DNA from: Perna viridis
Taxonomy: Eukaryota
Reading direction: 5' to 3'
DNA: 64,000 bases
Assembly (NCBI GenBank): GCA_037379345.1
Contig: CM074511.1
Location: 21,018,001 to 21,082,000 of the forward strand
Part shown: positions 13,707 to 27,293 of the stretch, piece by piece
How the letters are laid out: every line of letters starts with the position of its first letter
Position numbering within the stretch: position 1 is the stretch's first letter
The notes under the pieces: generated by a model
Seen by the model: only the letters and a program-made list of their open reading frames with translations
Told to the model about the DNA's origin: nothing
Database searches by the model: none
Made by a program: the position numbers and the translations under genes

Positions 13707-14663
13707 GTGGGTAACATGCCAAAATGTTGCGTTTAGATTTTTGATGGCCACCATGTTCATTTATAGTACAAGAATTTGGTGTATTTCAAGATATGTCAAA
13801 AAAATCATATAAAGATAAATACCCTTCTTAAACTGGAAATGCTCTGTTAAAAATGTTCCATAAGATCGAAGTTTTAAGACGAACGTTAACGTTATTTTGG
13901 AATTTTTAGCTCAGTCATGAAAACATAACTGATAGACTATTAGTCCGAGTTCTTGTCCTTCAAAGCCAAAATAACGTGGGTTTTACTTTTTGCAGTTCTG
14001 AGCCAATATTTTGAAAACAAGAAACTTTCAACTGATTAATGAACATTATGATAAGACCAACAAATCTGTATTAGCTCGAAGTCGTATTACGATTCCTTAT
14101 TAGAGCTATGGCCCTTGAAACGTGAAAAAGACGTTTTCATAGTTCTCCATAGTTCTTATACATTATTTTGAAATAAACCTAGAGATTAGCCCTACATGAA
14201 ATTCCACGGAATCGTGACAAGGAAAAACTTCTTAAAGGAGTACTGTTGTTGTAAGATCTAAAATAGCCATTGTTGTAGTGTTTGATTTAATTAATTTAAG
14301 CGCCGTAGCAAATCTGAGAAATGATTCAATTTCTGTGATGTTTTGTTTATTCGGGACCTTTATTCAAAAGGCGAAGAAATGATCCAGGACCTTTAGTATA
14401 TATACGAAATGTATAGTCCGTGAAAAGAAGAAATGGAGGACTGTCGATAATAGAAATGAAGTTTAAAACATACAACTCTTTAGTTCCACATGTTAGTAAG
14501 AAATATTCCGCTAAAATAATCTGCAGACATGACATTTTTATCGTGGAAATGTGCATAATAGGCCTTTACCTTGTGTCCTGTATGATTCTTTATGAAAAAA
14601 TAGATTTCTAAACCAAAGAGTTTTAAACTTTAGGTGAAAACAAATATCATTTTGTCATTTAAG

Positions 14664-14876
14664 GTAGAGACACAAACAAAAAGCTGGGCAATGGTTCCAA
14701 AGTTTTTCCGTCAGATGGAGACTAATTGTCGACAGATTTGGCCAAAAACACACTCGGTGACCCCTGTGCGTAATTTACTTTTGATAGACCGGAAGGAGAA
14801 GAAACAAGCAACAAAACCTAAAATGTGGATGCCACACCGGCACAATGTTAGAAACATCAATACTAGTACGAAGTGA
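14664..14876 (+). CDS. Gene C exon 4 (terminal); spliced product about 222 aa
   Basis: ttttgtcatttaag|, phase 0. Encodes VETQTKSW...KKQATKPKMWMPHRHNVRNINTSTK-TGA. Alternative phase-1 acceptor at 14787. Confidence 0.8.
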   Translation, partial: VETQTKSWAMVPKFFRQMETNCRQIWPKTHSVTPVRNLLLIDRKEKKQATKPKMWMPHRHNVRNINTSTK

Positions 14877-15253
14877 ATTTAGTTCGACATGCATATTAAA
14901 ATTCATTTGTAGTGTTTGTTATTCCTGCATGAGTTCGACACCTACACAAATAAATATAAGTTTTTAGATAACAAGAAAGTCTTCTGAACAAGGACACTGC
15001 TTAAGCGATAACCCCTATGTAAATCAATAGTCAGTTATAAGAACTAACGTTTGTAAACAAATATATTCACTTTTCTTTAATATTTGCTTTTAACATTGTT
15101 ACGTCTTTAATTCAAGGAAACCAATGAATTATTGATAAAATAAACAATAGAAAAATCAATTTTAAATATCTGTGACTGAAACGCCTCATATTTTGCCTCA
15201 ATTAATCGCGTTTATAGTGAACACCCAAGTGAAGTAATTCGTCTTCATAAAAA

Positions 15254-15449
15254 ATGGCGTGTTCTACAGCACCGGAAAATATAGCCAATGGATACTTTGT
15301 GGGTGCTAAAGCGTCATATAGTGCTGGTGACCAGGTCCATTATGTTTGCTCTCAAAATTACGTCATGTCCGGTAACCCAACTGTAACTTGTTCAGCCGGA
15401 GTATGGGTAGGAGGATACCCTTCTTGTAGTCTCTCGTTTCTTTCGAATG
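15254..15449 (+). CDS. Gene D exon 1: Sushi/CCP domain
   Basis: aaaaATG context. MACSTAPENIANG...YVCSQNYVMSGNPTVTC...WVGGYPSC. Phase-1 donor aatg|gtaaga. Confidence 0.9.
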
Positions 15450-15667
15450 GTAAGATAACATTGCAGTAGTAAGGTAAAAAAATAAATTAAATAGTAAAAA
15501 AAGTCTAAGAAATTCACAAGATTCAACTAGAAAACTTTTATTGTTTTCTGATTTTAAATAGAACTAGTACCTTCAGATTTGTAGTATAAATTTCGGCGCA
15601 GTCATAATTAGAAACACTTTTTGCTTAATATTGGATTTGAAATTGTCTATAATTGATCATATTTCAG

Positions 15668-15761
15668 CATATTTCTACATTATTGGAGCATTGGTACTCT
15701 TTATACTGGTTGTAGCTTTGGCAATTTTGTGTGTTTTCTGTTGCAAGTTTTGTTGTCGAAG
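15668..15761 (+). CDS. Gene D exon 2: transmembrane helix plus Cys cluster
   Basis: atttcag| ... ag|gtgagt, 94 nt, phase 1 to 2. Encodes AYFYIIGALVLFILVVALAILCVFCCKFCCR. Confidence 0.9.
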
Positions 15762-16206
15762 GTGAGTGAATTGTTGTCCTATTACGTAAGTATATGTATC
15801 AGAACAATTATTCCAACAATTGCAAGCACAGTGAAAAATATATAACTTAACAACAAACCCCAAGGCACACGACTAAGAAATTAACAGGTTGAATAATGCG
15901 AAGCTTAATCCGAATCCAAATAGGATAAAAAAATATAAAATTTTACAAAAATGTACCTTTGACGATAAATTTCAATCCGAAGTCATGTGTCGCGCGATGA
16001 TCGACAAGTGTTTTTTAGCTTATATCACGTCGAGGCATGTGTGTAGCGTAGCTTTTAGTAGTGATAATAGTGTATGCGACTTCCTACATTCTGCTTAGGG
16101 GTAATAGTTTAATAAATTTGAATTGCAGTATGAATATAGCTCGAACAGAAGGAAAACGATAACCTGACGTAAATCACAAAAATCAATAATTTATACATTT
16201 TGTCAG

Positions 16207-16651
16207 CAATAGGGTACAAGATGATGATTTTGAGGAGAGGACTGGGTGTTGTAAATGTTGCCGATCGCGTGATCAAGAAGTACGGGACGACAACGAAGAA
16301 ACAAAGAAGAAACACACAAGCAAGCCAAAAGGAAAATCCTCTTCCAGAAACACAAAAAGTACCTCTAATAACAAGAAAACAATAACAGGGAAGAAATCGA
16401 AAACTACTTCCGGTCAAAAGAAGAACGATATCAATAAGGCAAATAAGTCAAAGAAGTCATTGTCGAGGTCAAAAGGTTATAATGTCAAAAAGAAGAACGC
16501 CAATGTTAAAATGAAACCTGCAACAAAGAAGACAACAGAAACAAGCGAGAAAGAAGATTCGACATTGTCTGCTAGAAAAGTTGCAGTAGAGGTTCAAGCT
16601 TGGAAACCATTTACTAATCCAATGCGGAACATTAACACGAGTACAAAATAA
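16207..16651 (+). CDS. Gene D exon 3 (terminal, Lys-rich tail); spliced product about 244 aa
   Basis: ttttgtcag|, phase 2. Uninterrupted frame NRVQDDDFEERTGCCKCCR...AWKPFTNPMRNINTSTK-TAA. AATAAA at about 16659. Confidence 0.88.
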
Positions 16652-16743
16652 AATCTTAATTAATAAACGTTTAAAATGTTCATTTTAGAGGTAATCAAGT
16701 TAGTTTGATATTACAGTATATATAATTAAAGAAGCTTTGAAAC

Positions 16744-17708
16744 TTTTTTATTCCACTAAGAGGCCCCATATGGAGCACAGTAGTACAAAATAAACATATA
16801 TACAATTATGAACAATGTTGAACATAATGAATGAACACAACAGGAAGGTAATATCATTTGAAAAAAAACATCATTATCTTAATAAATCTGGAATGGCCTA
16901 TGATAGTAAATTTATCTTCACAATTCATTAATTCCCTATCGCTAATAGTATTTGGACTATCAGTTATGAATTTTGGCAAGAATCTACATCGTGAAATATC
17001 GTGAATAAAATAAGTACAATTGAACATATAATGAAATTCATCACCTAATTCTTGTCTGTTACAAAGATTACATATTCGTTCAGATCTATCAATGGCTAAA
17101 AACCTGCCAGTTTCAATTGGCAAATTATGACTACTACATCTGAGTCGACATAAGTCTTAAATAGATCTTGTGGTAATACAGTCAAATAATTTTCAAAACC
17201 AAAAGTTGTCTTGTACATCCTATAATTTGAACATTTAGAGGAATTATATACTTGATCTTTCCAGTTTTCAACAGAAGTGTCAAATAATGATTGTTCAACA
17301 TTTTTGGATAAATGAAAATTTACATCTACATTCTGATCATTCCAAATCTGAATATTACCAGTCTTAATTAAAATATCTTTTATACAGTTTAACCACTTTG
17401 AGTGATACACATTTTTTCCTAATCTAATTTGTATAAAATGTTGTACAAAGTATAGGAATTTTTTTCATGTTTACCATTTATAATACGTTCCCAAAAACCA
17501 ATTAGTCTTGCACTAATAGGAATATACATAGGTATTCTACCTAGTTCACCATATATCATACATGTTGGTGTACATTTTTTTAACTTTCAATATATATTTG
17601 CAAAATTCAAGATGCAATCTCTCAATAATATTATTACCTTCATTTACCCACACTTCTGCTCCATATATCAAAATAGGAACGATCATTGAATCAAACATTT
17701 GTAGTAAA
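16744..17708 (-). mobile_element. 5'-truncated decayed LINE (3' end of ORF2)
   Basis: MFDSMIVPILIYGAEVW...YGELGR...PIETGR...RICNLC...GDEFHYMFNC (C-terminal Cys/His motif), with frameshifts. Confidence 0.85.
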
Positions 17709-18458
17709 GAATAATTGGGCTGAATTTTAATTTCTTTTGAGTTATCTCTCTTTATATCATTGAAATGCTCATATAGTGCTGGTCTAGGTTTATTATCTCA
17801 TTAGTATATTTCCGACGCAGTCGGTATAGTGTCAATTATAACCCTTTGACCATCAAGATGTACTTCCATGGAGACGCAAGTCACCTGAACGAATTCTGTT
17901 TCCCGATTTGCCAGATACTGATAATTTAGCGGCATTCGAAAAAAAAACTGTATTGGAAATTGAAATTGCGTGCCATGAGTTATTTCCTGAATGAAATGTA
18001 GAAAATTATGAGTAAAAAAACAAATTTTACTGCGTCGGCTAATTTTTTTTTCTTAAAATAGTACTTGTTTTACTTGTTTCAGATATTTTTGTCATTCACC
18101 ATCAATGAGTTCGATCATCATTAAAATAATATCCACATGTAAACCACTGCACTATAAACAAAATAAGAGATGTTTTACGCCGGTTATCTCACATTTAAAA
18201 CAGGAACTTCGGATCGCAGATTTTAAATTTTCATAACTTTGGAACTGATATTAGATTATCAATGTTGTGTTGACACTAAGTGAACGTCACATCCAACAAA
18301 TAATTGTACTGAGTGTACAAGATCTTAAAATAAACAACGATGTACAGAATTTACACCACGTCTAAAAGACTAAAGAAGAATCTTAAATTTTGTAGTTGTT
18401 ATGTTTTTTCTTAATTATTAATTTTTTTAATCAGTGTTTTTCGTTTTTCGATGTGTGC

Positions 18459-19105
18459 TTTTTGAAGTCGCTAATATTGTTAGCGACTTCTTGCACTCGT
18501 AATTTCAGTACTTAACATTCGCACATGATTTGCATAATTATATATTACTACTTCACATAAAGCTGCTGATGGGTGCCGTGTACACCGTCATAGCTTCATA
18601 ATTCTCTAGCTTCATACGAGATCAAAATGTGTCCTTTAAATATCATACACATTTTTTTGTTATTGTATGAGAATGGGAAGTTCACATTAAAAGATGAAAT
18701 GATCGGTTAGCATTATCCAGTTTCCGTTTCAGACACAGGGGCACGTTACATTTGACTCTATAGGTCAAATGCATTATCAGGGCCCGATATAACTAAATCT
18801 GGTCCATGGTCAATATCATAAGTGACCCCAGAGATCGCTAAAAATTTGCGAGAAACTTTTGGAACGAAAATATTACCCACACTTCCTGGTAACCAGTTAT
18901 TTTGATTGAAAAAAAAACATTCGGGTCATCACGGTTACGAAAGAGTAATCATATCAAGGGAAACAAGATTCTATCGGAAGTCACCCGATTTTAGAGCATA
19001 TCACATTCCGCATTCGTCCCATTTCGGATGTTGAAAGTAAGCCAAAATCAGTGGCATAGAATATTTGACGATTAGCGACTTTGAGGACTTCAATCTTTGA
19101 TTTTT
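18459..19105 (+). mobile_element. Probable non-autonomous Helentron (HINE)
   Basis: T-run, then 5' palindrome gaagtcgctaa-tattg-ttagcgacttc. 3' subterminal copy ttagcgactt is followed by a short hairpin and a T-run. Confidence 0.5.
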
Positions 19106-21839
19106 AGAATCAATACATAAGAAATAAAATGTACCAGTTTTTGTGTCTTAGTCATATACCGTCATACTGAAACAAAGCCTAGATAGAACTGACCCCTCCA
19201 TATGAATAAACATATCACAATAATTATATAAATACTTACAGCTGTCAAAATTAATCGAAAACGTTACTCCAGTAGTGAAATAAATTTTGTAAATTTGGTA
19301 AATTCAAAAGATTTGTTAGTTTACCTAACCTAGGCCGTTATCTAAGAATAATATCATATAAAATCGACAATGTATGTACTCAGCTCATTCGATGAGGCTA
19401 CATGTTTTCCCAACTAATGATCTATATTCTAATGGAATCTTAACTGTGTTCTTTATCCCTATCTTACAGTCTCATGAATCCAACTTTAAAGCTTTGTTTA
19501 AAAGAATGAGATGCTCTTTTCAGTCATCGTAGTAACCACTTTAAAGTTTAGTAATTTAATTGAAAGTTCATGTATCCATTATTTCTAAATTCAGAAAATC
19601 ATGTGTCTATGAATAATAAAAAAATTACCAAAATGATAAAATCTAGGCAGTTGTCAAAAGAAATAACCAAAAGGAAAGTCTGTATAACAAATGACAATAT
19701 CAGTAAAGTTGGAAATCACCGCAATTGTCCTGACTTGTACAGGCATTTCAAAATGAAAGATGAGTTGAACTTTTTATAGCGCACTAAACCTCCCGCTTCC
19801 AATACGGTTCATTATTTCGGATATATAAATGTATACTTCAACGCAATGGGCTGCATAAAATTGCCACCATTAAAAATCGGTAAAATCAGTTGTCAAAACA
19901 GTACAGTCAGAAGATATGAACAATTATAAATAGATGAAAATAAAAATAAATAAATACACAAAAAGTACGTAAATCTATGCCAGGAATTTCAAAAAATCTT
20001 GAACTTGGTGTGAAAATCCATCGTCTACAATCTGTTTGTCAGAAACAAAATATCAAAATAATGAATTTGTGAGAATTACCATTCTTGCAGTTAAATGCTT
20101 TGTGGATACATGTAACTTCTTTTAGACGGGTTTTTAATTTATCCTTGGGCAATTAAGGTTGTACATAATATTGAAATGTCAAATGTTTTGATAAATTTGA
20201 ATTCAGCGAAGAAGCGAGATTTAAGACTATATTAGAGAGTGGAAGTTGATGAACCGAAAATGTGCAAAAAGTATGTTTAAGCCCAGTGCATTAAAGATGT
20301 CTATGGTTACCAAACTGTTACAGAGTTACGTCATATTAGAAAAAAAAACGGAAAATACTTTGGACTTAAAAAAGACTGTTCTAATTCATGCAATTAAATG
20401 CACCTAAGTAAGTCGCATTTCATTATCCCATATCCTATTAAAACAGTTAACTCTTCAAACTATAATATTCCTGCCAAAAATGCTTGTTAATTATCATATA
20501 ATTCAGCGGAAGCAGAATTACTAGATCATGCAATGAAAGAGAAACATTGACATTTGGGGTGTATAGGTTTTATGTCAATTCTTGTAATTTTGCTTTTTAA
20601 AATTTCACAAATCAACCAAAAGTGCATTTAACATGTATTATGTTCAGATTAATGCTTTAAGGGGCACGTATTTTAATTATTTAGGTGTAGTGTAAAAAGG
20701 TGGAGGTTTAATTTGTATTATTTTTTTTCTTTCGAAATAAGAATAACGATTTTTGTAAAAGTTTATCTGATTTAGGTCCCATTCAGAAATCTAATGAAAG
20801 AAAAGGCAATGATGAAGCGCTTTAAAGAAAAAGAGCGTCTTAAAACGTGAAAAAAAATGACCGAAATCATGTTCAGTTATTTAGTGTGTCTGAAACTTTA
20901 AAATAAAACAATTGATTTAGAAACAGAAATACAATTTTTAAACAACAAATTAAAAAAAAACCGAACAAAACAAAATAAATTGAACTATTCCATTAACAGT
21001 ATAGTCATACAATATATTTTTTTTAAAATACATACCTACCCTTTCTTTAGCCTAGTGAACTCACGAGGCTTTTTAACATCCCTTGCCATCTCAACGTGAC
21101 GCTTGTCACTACTTCAGCACTCGACCATGTGTCCCACCCCTTTCATTTTTCCGTCTTTACTGCTCTTTTGAAAGTGATTCTGGGTCTTTCAGTCCTTTTC
21201 TACCCAACAGATGTCAATTTAAGTGCTATCTTGATGTCAATGTTTATGTCTCTTAATATCTATTAAGTTCTATCATGTATGTTCTGTGTACCTTTAATTG
21301 GAGGACATGGTCAAATTGTAAAATAATGTCCAAACACTTACCTCTAATGATGAACAGATGTAAGTTTTTTTTATGTTCTTTCTATGGTAATTAAGTAATT
21401 CCGATAAAGATGAGTCTGCCTTTATAATTGCTAATAGTGCCTCCATTCATACCATGAGATACCACCCGTGTTTTTTTTAAATATCGTATGCGACACTTGT
21501 TCATTCAGTTTTCCTTTAAATGATAGTAGCGGCCAAGATAATATGATTTTCTAATATATACTTAATTCTAGCCCATTGTTTATATATACAATCAACAAAT
21601 CTTAACTTGCGCGTGTTCATGATGCTGAAGCAAATATTTGTTAGCTATTCTAACTTTTGTGCAATTTCTCCTTTTTGATAGCTCTACACAAAACATCATT
21701 GGTCTTGAATATTTCAGTAAATATTCAGGAACTCCCCTGCCGTGCCACAGAATTAGCATTCTCCCAATGCATTTAAATGGAAAAAGCAATTTGTGAACCG
21801 TTAGCAAACGCCTAGTACAAATTGTAAATGTTTAAATGA

Positions 21840-23030
21840 CTGTTATCTGAATATAATAGCATTAAAACCTATGATTTTTCAACACTGTATACTTCTATTT
21901 CCCATACTCAGTTAAAATCCCGACTTAAAAACATTATACATCGTTGTCTTTTTTTTTTTCCAAAAAAGATGGTACACCTAGATACAAATATATAGTTCTT
22001 GGTAGAGATTCCTCATACTTTGTAAGAAATAATTCCAAATCATCTTCCAAATATACAGAGGAAGATGTTTACAAAGTGCTGGAATTTTTAATCGACAACA
22101 TATTTGTCCAGTGTGGTGGACGTGTTTTTTCTATAAACGGTCGGCATTCCAATGGGAACAAATTGTGCTCCTTTACTTGCTGACCTATTCCTTCACTCTT
22201 ATGAGGCTGCCTTTATAGCTGATCTGATCAGAAAGAAAGAATATCGTTTAGCTAGCTCTTTCAATCTTAGTTTCCGCTATATAGATGACGTATTATCTTT
22301 AAACAATCCTAATTTCGGGGATTTGATACATCGCATTTACCCAAAAGCACTTGAGATAAAGGGTACTACAGACACTGTGAAGTCAGCCTCATATCTTGAC
22401 CTACACTTAGAAATCCATGGTATAGGAAAACTATTGACCAAACTTTACGACAAACGTGAGGACTTTTTATTCAGAATTGTCAACTTTCCTTTCATCTGTG
22501 GCAACATCCCTTCGGCACCTGCGTATGGAGTGTTCATATCACAACTCATACGTTATGCCAGAGCTTGCCGAAACTACGCAGACTTTTTGTATCGCGCTAA
22601 AACTCTAACAAATAGGCTTCTGGAACAGGGTTATGATGCTACAAGATTGAAGTCATCACTACAAAAGTTTTATGGTCGTCATCATGAACTCGTGGATCGT
22701 TATGGTGTATCCATCTGCACCATGAAAACTGATTTATTCAACGGGTCATAGTTTTCCTTTCCTCGTTTGTCTACCTCGGACTTGACTTTTTATGAGCAAC
22801 TCGGCGGGTGTTTCTAGAAAAGCAGATGACGCTTACCCTACCGGTGCACCTGGTCCATGTTTCTGTTTTTAGTGGAGTCCGAGTTGCTCATTTGCTTTTG
22901 TTACTTTGTATGTATGGTTTTAGTTACTTTATGTTCTTTGTTGTGTATGTCTGTTTTCCATGTCTGGTCTTTGTCCCTGGATTACATTCTTTTGATTACC
23001 GCTATAACCTTGGTTCCCTTGATTACTCTT
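21840..23030 (+). mobile_element. Penelope-like retroelement, 3' part (RT core, thumb, 3' UTR)
   Basis: IKTYDFSTLYT...PMGTNCAPLLADLFL...FRYIDDVLSLNN. ORF 22152-22751 is intact but frameshifted upstream. Confidence 0.9.
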
Positions 23031-23159
23031 TTAAATTCAGTCAACTCTTAGTAGTCACCAGAGTTTTGTGGCATATTGGTGTAAAATTTTCAATATCATG
23101 TCACAATGTTCTAGGTCACCTTTGGTGGAAAGCGTTATTTTTATGAAAATTGACAAAAA

Positions 23160-24500
23160 ATGTATTTCATGAATCTATCAAGTCAAGTATGAAGCTTTGC
23201 TGGTCCAGTTGTTGGCTACCTGGAGGAAAAATGTTCTCTGAGTTAATAGGCCCCATACCAGATCTTTTCAAACGATACATAGACGATGTCTTTGGGGTGA
23301 CCAACAATGAAGAACATGATTTGTTGGGTTTCTTTTCGTACCATCCAGCCATCAAATACACCTCCAACATCACCTTAGAGAGCCTTCCGTTCTTTGACAT
23401 CAATTGTAAAATTCAAGATGAAAATAAATTCAACCTCAATTTTTTACAAACCCATAGAAGCACATTTTTACTTAGATGATCAGTCCTGTCACCCTCAGTA
23501 ATACAAAAATACCATTCCAAGTCACAATTACTGAGACTTCGCATTATTTTCAGCGATGACCACGATTCCAGGGCTCAATATAACACGATAAAATCTGTTT
23601 TTATCAAGAGAGGATATCCGAACAAAGTTCTGGATCGGGCGATCACGTCAGTTGACAAGTGACCGTGTTCCTTTGGTCTTGAAATATCAACCGCACAATG
23701 TTGCAATCCAGAACATCTTGATTCACCACTTTAAATCCATACTTCTCAGAGACAAATATATGTCGTCAGTATTCAACGATTCGCTTCCAATTACTGCCTA
23801 AAGAAAGGGAAAGAGTCTGAAAGCGCACCTTTTTACGAGTTCTTTGAAGAGTGCAACTAGACGCCCGCCTGCCAGTTACAAAGGCACACTGCACTGTAAG
23901 CGAATACGCCGTTCGACAAGATCTTTTACTTGGGAAACTGATGAGGTCGTCGGACCAGCCAACGTCTTGTCTACGCTGTGGTTTGCAAACGCTGTAAAAT
24001 GGTTTACATGGGCAAGAGTTTGGCTGATCGTTTTGTAGAACGCAAACAAAGCGTCATCGGTGGAAAGGATTGTCCAGTTCGGGAAACATTTTTGGGAGGC
24101 AAACCACATAGTTGACGACATGAAAGTAACTGTCCTTTTGAATACGTGTTCAGGCGAAAAACAACGAAAGTTCCTAGAACAGCGTATCGTCAGCTTTCTT
24201 GGGACTGCCCATCCCTTTGGAATGAATGTCAATACCCGCATCATTTACTCACCATAACCCGGTTTTCAACTGCTTTTCGTTCTAGAAATTTTCATCTTGA
24301 ACTTTACGCATATTTTATAATGATCAAGCTCCATTTTGAGGGCACCTTGTCTCTGTGGTAGGGATTGTCAGCTTTCATCTCAATACTTTTTGCCCCTAAC
24401 GAAGGCCGGAAGTCCGAAAATTTGGGCTCATATTTTTCAATATTTTTATGTTTTATTCATATTTTATTTGTATTTAGTTCCTTTTAAGCGTGGCTATTGT
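23160..24500 (+). mobile_element. Decayed Penelope element of a second family (RT plus GIY-YIG-type C-terminus)
   Basis: FKRYIDDVFGV and LPFFDI RT motifs. C-terminus HF...RKFLEQRIVSFLGTAHPFGMNV is typical of PLE GIY-YIG domains. Hammerhead-like motif downstream. Confidence 0.75.
24392..24427 (+). ncRNA. Degenerate minimal hammerhead ribozyme (PLE-associated)
   Basis: gccc-CTAACGA-a-ggcc-ggaa-gtcc-GAAA-attt-gggc. Stem I, the core boxes and stem II are recognisable; CUGANGA carries a G to A change. Confidence 0.5.
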
Positions 24501-25949
24501 ACAATAATTCATTATTCCTAAAATTATAACAACTGTATTGCCGTGTCTTTTTTAGGCCGTGGAATACATAACCACTCTTCAAACTGAATCAGGTGAAGTA
24601 TTCAATAAGATTTATTCATCATTTGTTTTTAAATTAATAAAAGAAAAAAACTCAGTCATGCCTTAGGAACCGCTATTAAATTTACCAAGGTAATACCTGG
24701 TTAAATATCCAACTAAGTATACCCAAGGTGTTAAAAAATAGAACTTGTGATTTATATACCCCCATATGATTTCAAATATAACAGGTATAAATTCAAAACG
24801 TTTGGACATGTCGGTCCATAAATTGAACGCATTGCATTAAAATCTTATGTAAACAAAATTATAGTTTATATCAATCATTATGTGACTGGTTTGTGTGATA
24901 ATGAGACTAACGCAGACATATCATTTTCACGAGGTCTTCATCAAATACCCACCAAAAATGAATTAACTGGCGTTTAAAACTAAACGCAATACTTGAAGAC
25001 GGTAATGTATCTACAATTCTTGATTTTAAAGTACTTAAAATGATAATTGCATTTAAATAGAAGATTTAAACAGAAAACTCGATCAAAATAATTTTCATTA
25101 GTTAAAAGTACACCCGTTTGGAATGTTGAGATTTAAAAAGTTCGTAGTTTAAATCAAATTCTCATTTCCCTATATCATGTTATGTAATTTTGATGGAATA
25201 CTAGTTCCTGTATTATAATGTCATAGCTTAACTCTCGCTACTGTTTCAACTTAGCAACGCCAAATCCTGACAGCTTGTACATGTATCGGTGTGTAAACTG
25301 CTGGCGTAATGGTCTGCACAAGATCTTATTTAACACGCTTGTCTATCAACTTCGCGAATAACTTTTCTGAAAAGACAAGAAAAAGCACGTATGATCTATC
25401 TTGTAATGTGAATTATTAAAGAAATCAACATTTTTAACAATTTTTAAATTTGCTTGATATCTATATGCGACAACTGTTTCATGACTTATTAACAGTAATG
25501 ATTTGGCATTTGTAATCATGATGATTGTGACGTAAGATGTTGTATAATACCTCCTCGCAGATAATTTTTTATTTTATGTGGACATACCAAAAACTTAAGA
25601 AGCAACTTATCTGTAGGTTATTATTGACACTATAATGAAATTCGTTTACATTTTTTTCGATGATTTTATGCTGTTATATGTAAAATGAATATAAAAAAGT
25701 TCCCAAAGACGAACTTTGGATTTAAACAATTCTCGATGGTGACTATAAAGTGGTACTTCATTCCGGACAACACCTCTTTCGACAGCAATGTATATGTTAG
25801 ATTCGTATTTGTCATTGAAGTAAAATTAAAGAACATTAGAAATTTCCGGAGATCAGTAATACCAGACATTGGGTCAAGACATAGTAAGCTGTTATAATGT
25901 CTATCGGTGTTTTTTTTTTTTTTTTTTTTTTTCAATTCTCTCCTATAGC

Positions 25950-26090
25950 CACTAGTGTGGTCATGATTACCTAGTTTGGTCATGATTACCTAGTGTGGCC
26001 ATGATTACCTAGTGTTGTCAGGATTACGTAGTGTAGCCATGATAACCTATTGTGGCCATGATTACCTAGTGTGGCCATGATTACCTAGTG
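25950..26090. repeat. Minisatellite, about 19-20 bp unit
   Basis: catgattacctagtgtggc, about 7 copies. Confidence 0.92.
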
Positions 26091-27100
26091 AAATGACGAT
26101 TTTCATAAAACTTAGTTCAGGAAAGAAGTCTTGGTATTAAGTTTTAGATGTTGTAACATTTTTGTCGAAGTCGAGCGACAACTATTTATATAAGTATACA
26201 TTTGGAAGATCTAACAAATGTAGCTTTTTGCTGTTTAAGTCCATAATTTTTAATGTCATCCTCAGTAGATATATAACACAAAAGAAAGGAGAAAAATATA
26301 ATTTCTTAAATGATTCCTCTGATATGACCGTCAAAAAGTCTTAATATATGGGTCGAAGAGGTTATATTGATCATTGCCCTACTTCTCAAAAAAGACGAAT
26401 CTTGACGCTTTGGGTTTATCGTGACATAAAAAAACCAAAGTAACCATTGATAGATGACTTAGTTCCTAGTAATGAATCACATAAGCATTCATAGAAAATT
26501 CTTTTGGTCCCTTCCTCTAAAGTGCTTACATATAAATAAGCAATGATGAAAGTTACAATATACAATATAGCAACAGAACATTTCGCTTTCATTATAAATA
26601 TTACGTTAGTATTTACTTTCATTTAAAATAGCTTGCAATTATACAACGTCAATTGTGGTAATGTTTATGTATAGTGATTACGTCCAGCAAACCCTAAGTC
26701 CATAAACAGGATATGGGTTAGATATCGGAGTGCAATAACTATTTCAACTCAGTTTTACAATAATTAAAATATCGTTGTGTATTTAATAAATAAACGATTA
26801 AAGTCACCTCGAAAGAAATATATGAATAACTGCTAATCACGTCAGAAAACAGTAAATTTAAATAATTTCGTTTAAAAGGCCAAAAGAGTATATTGTATAT
26901 TATGATAGGTTCCTATTGGTTATCAAAGTATTTCTAAAAGATATTTAAATCGCTACCATTTTACAATATTTGTTTCAACTGCTTTCGAAAATAGTACTCT
27001 AATGTAGTAAATCTCTCCGTAACTGACATCAAAGAGCTGCACACCAAGATAGCTTCACTTAGCTAGCCAAGTCCTAAACGATACTCCTATTCTAAAGAAC

Positions 27101-27293
27101 ATGAGCTGTACATCAATATCTATCCCTAACGGATATACCCACTCTGGAGTGAATCTATTCAATGTGAATGATACTGTAACTTACACGTGCAACACATTTT
27201 ATACCCTTTCTGGAAATGCCGTTGCTTCCTGTTTAAATGTTAATGGGACATGGTCCAGTATACCGTCCTGCAAGCTTGTCTTCTACGATAATG
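27101..27293 (+). CDS. Locus E, Sushi exon V1
   Basis: aacATG context. MSCTSISIPNGY...YTCNTFYTLSGNAVASC...WSSIPSC. 193 nt, phase-1 donor aatg|gtatgt. Confidence 0.88.

Noticed and set aside
22808-23146. Recurrent hydrophobic ORFs (…VRVAHLLLLLCMY…), also at 32909, 41551, 52946 and 55098
   Set aside because: They are translations of the T-rich 3' UTR of the Penelope-like family, with inconsistent frames and ends between copies.
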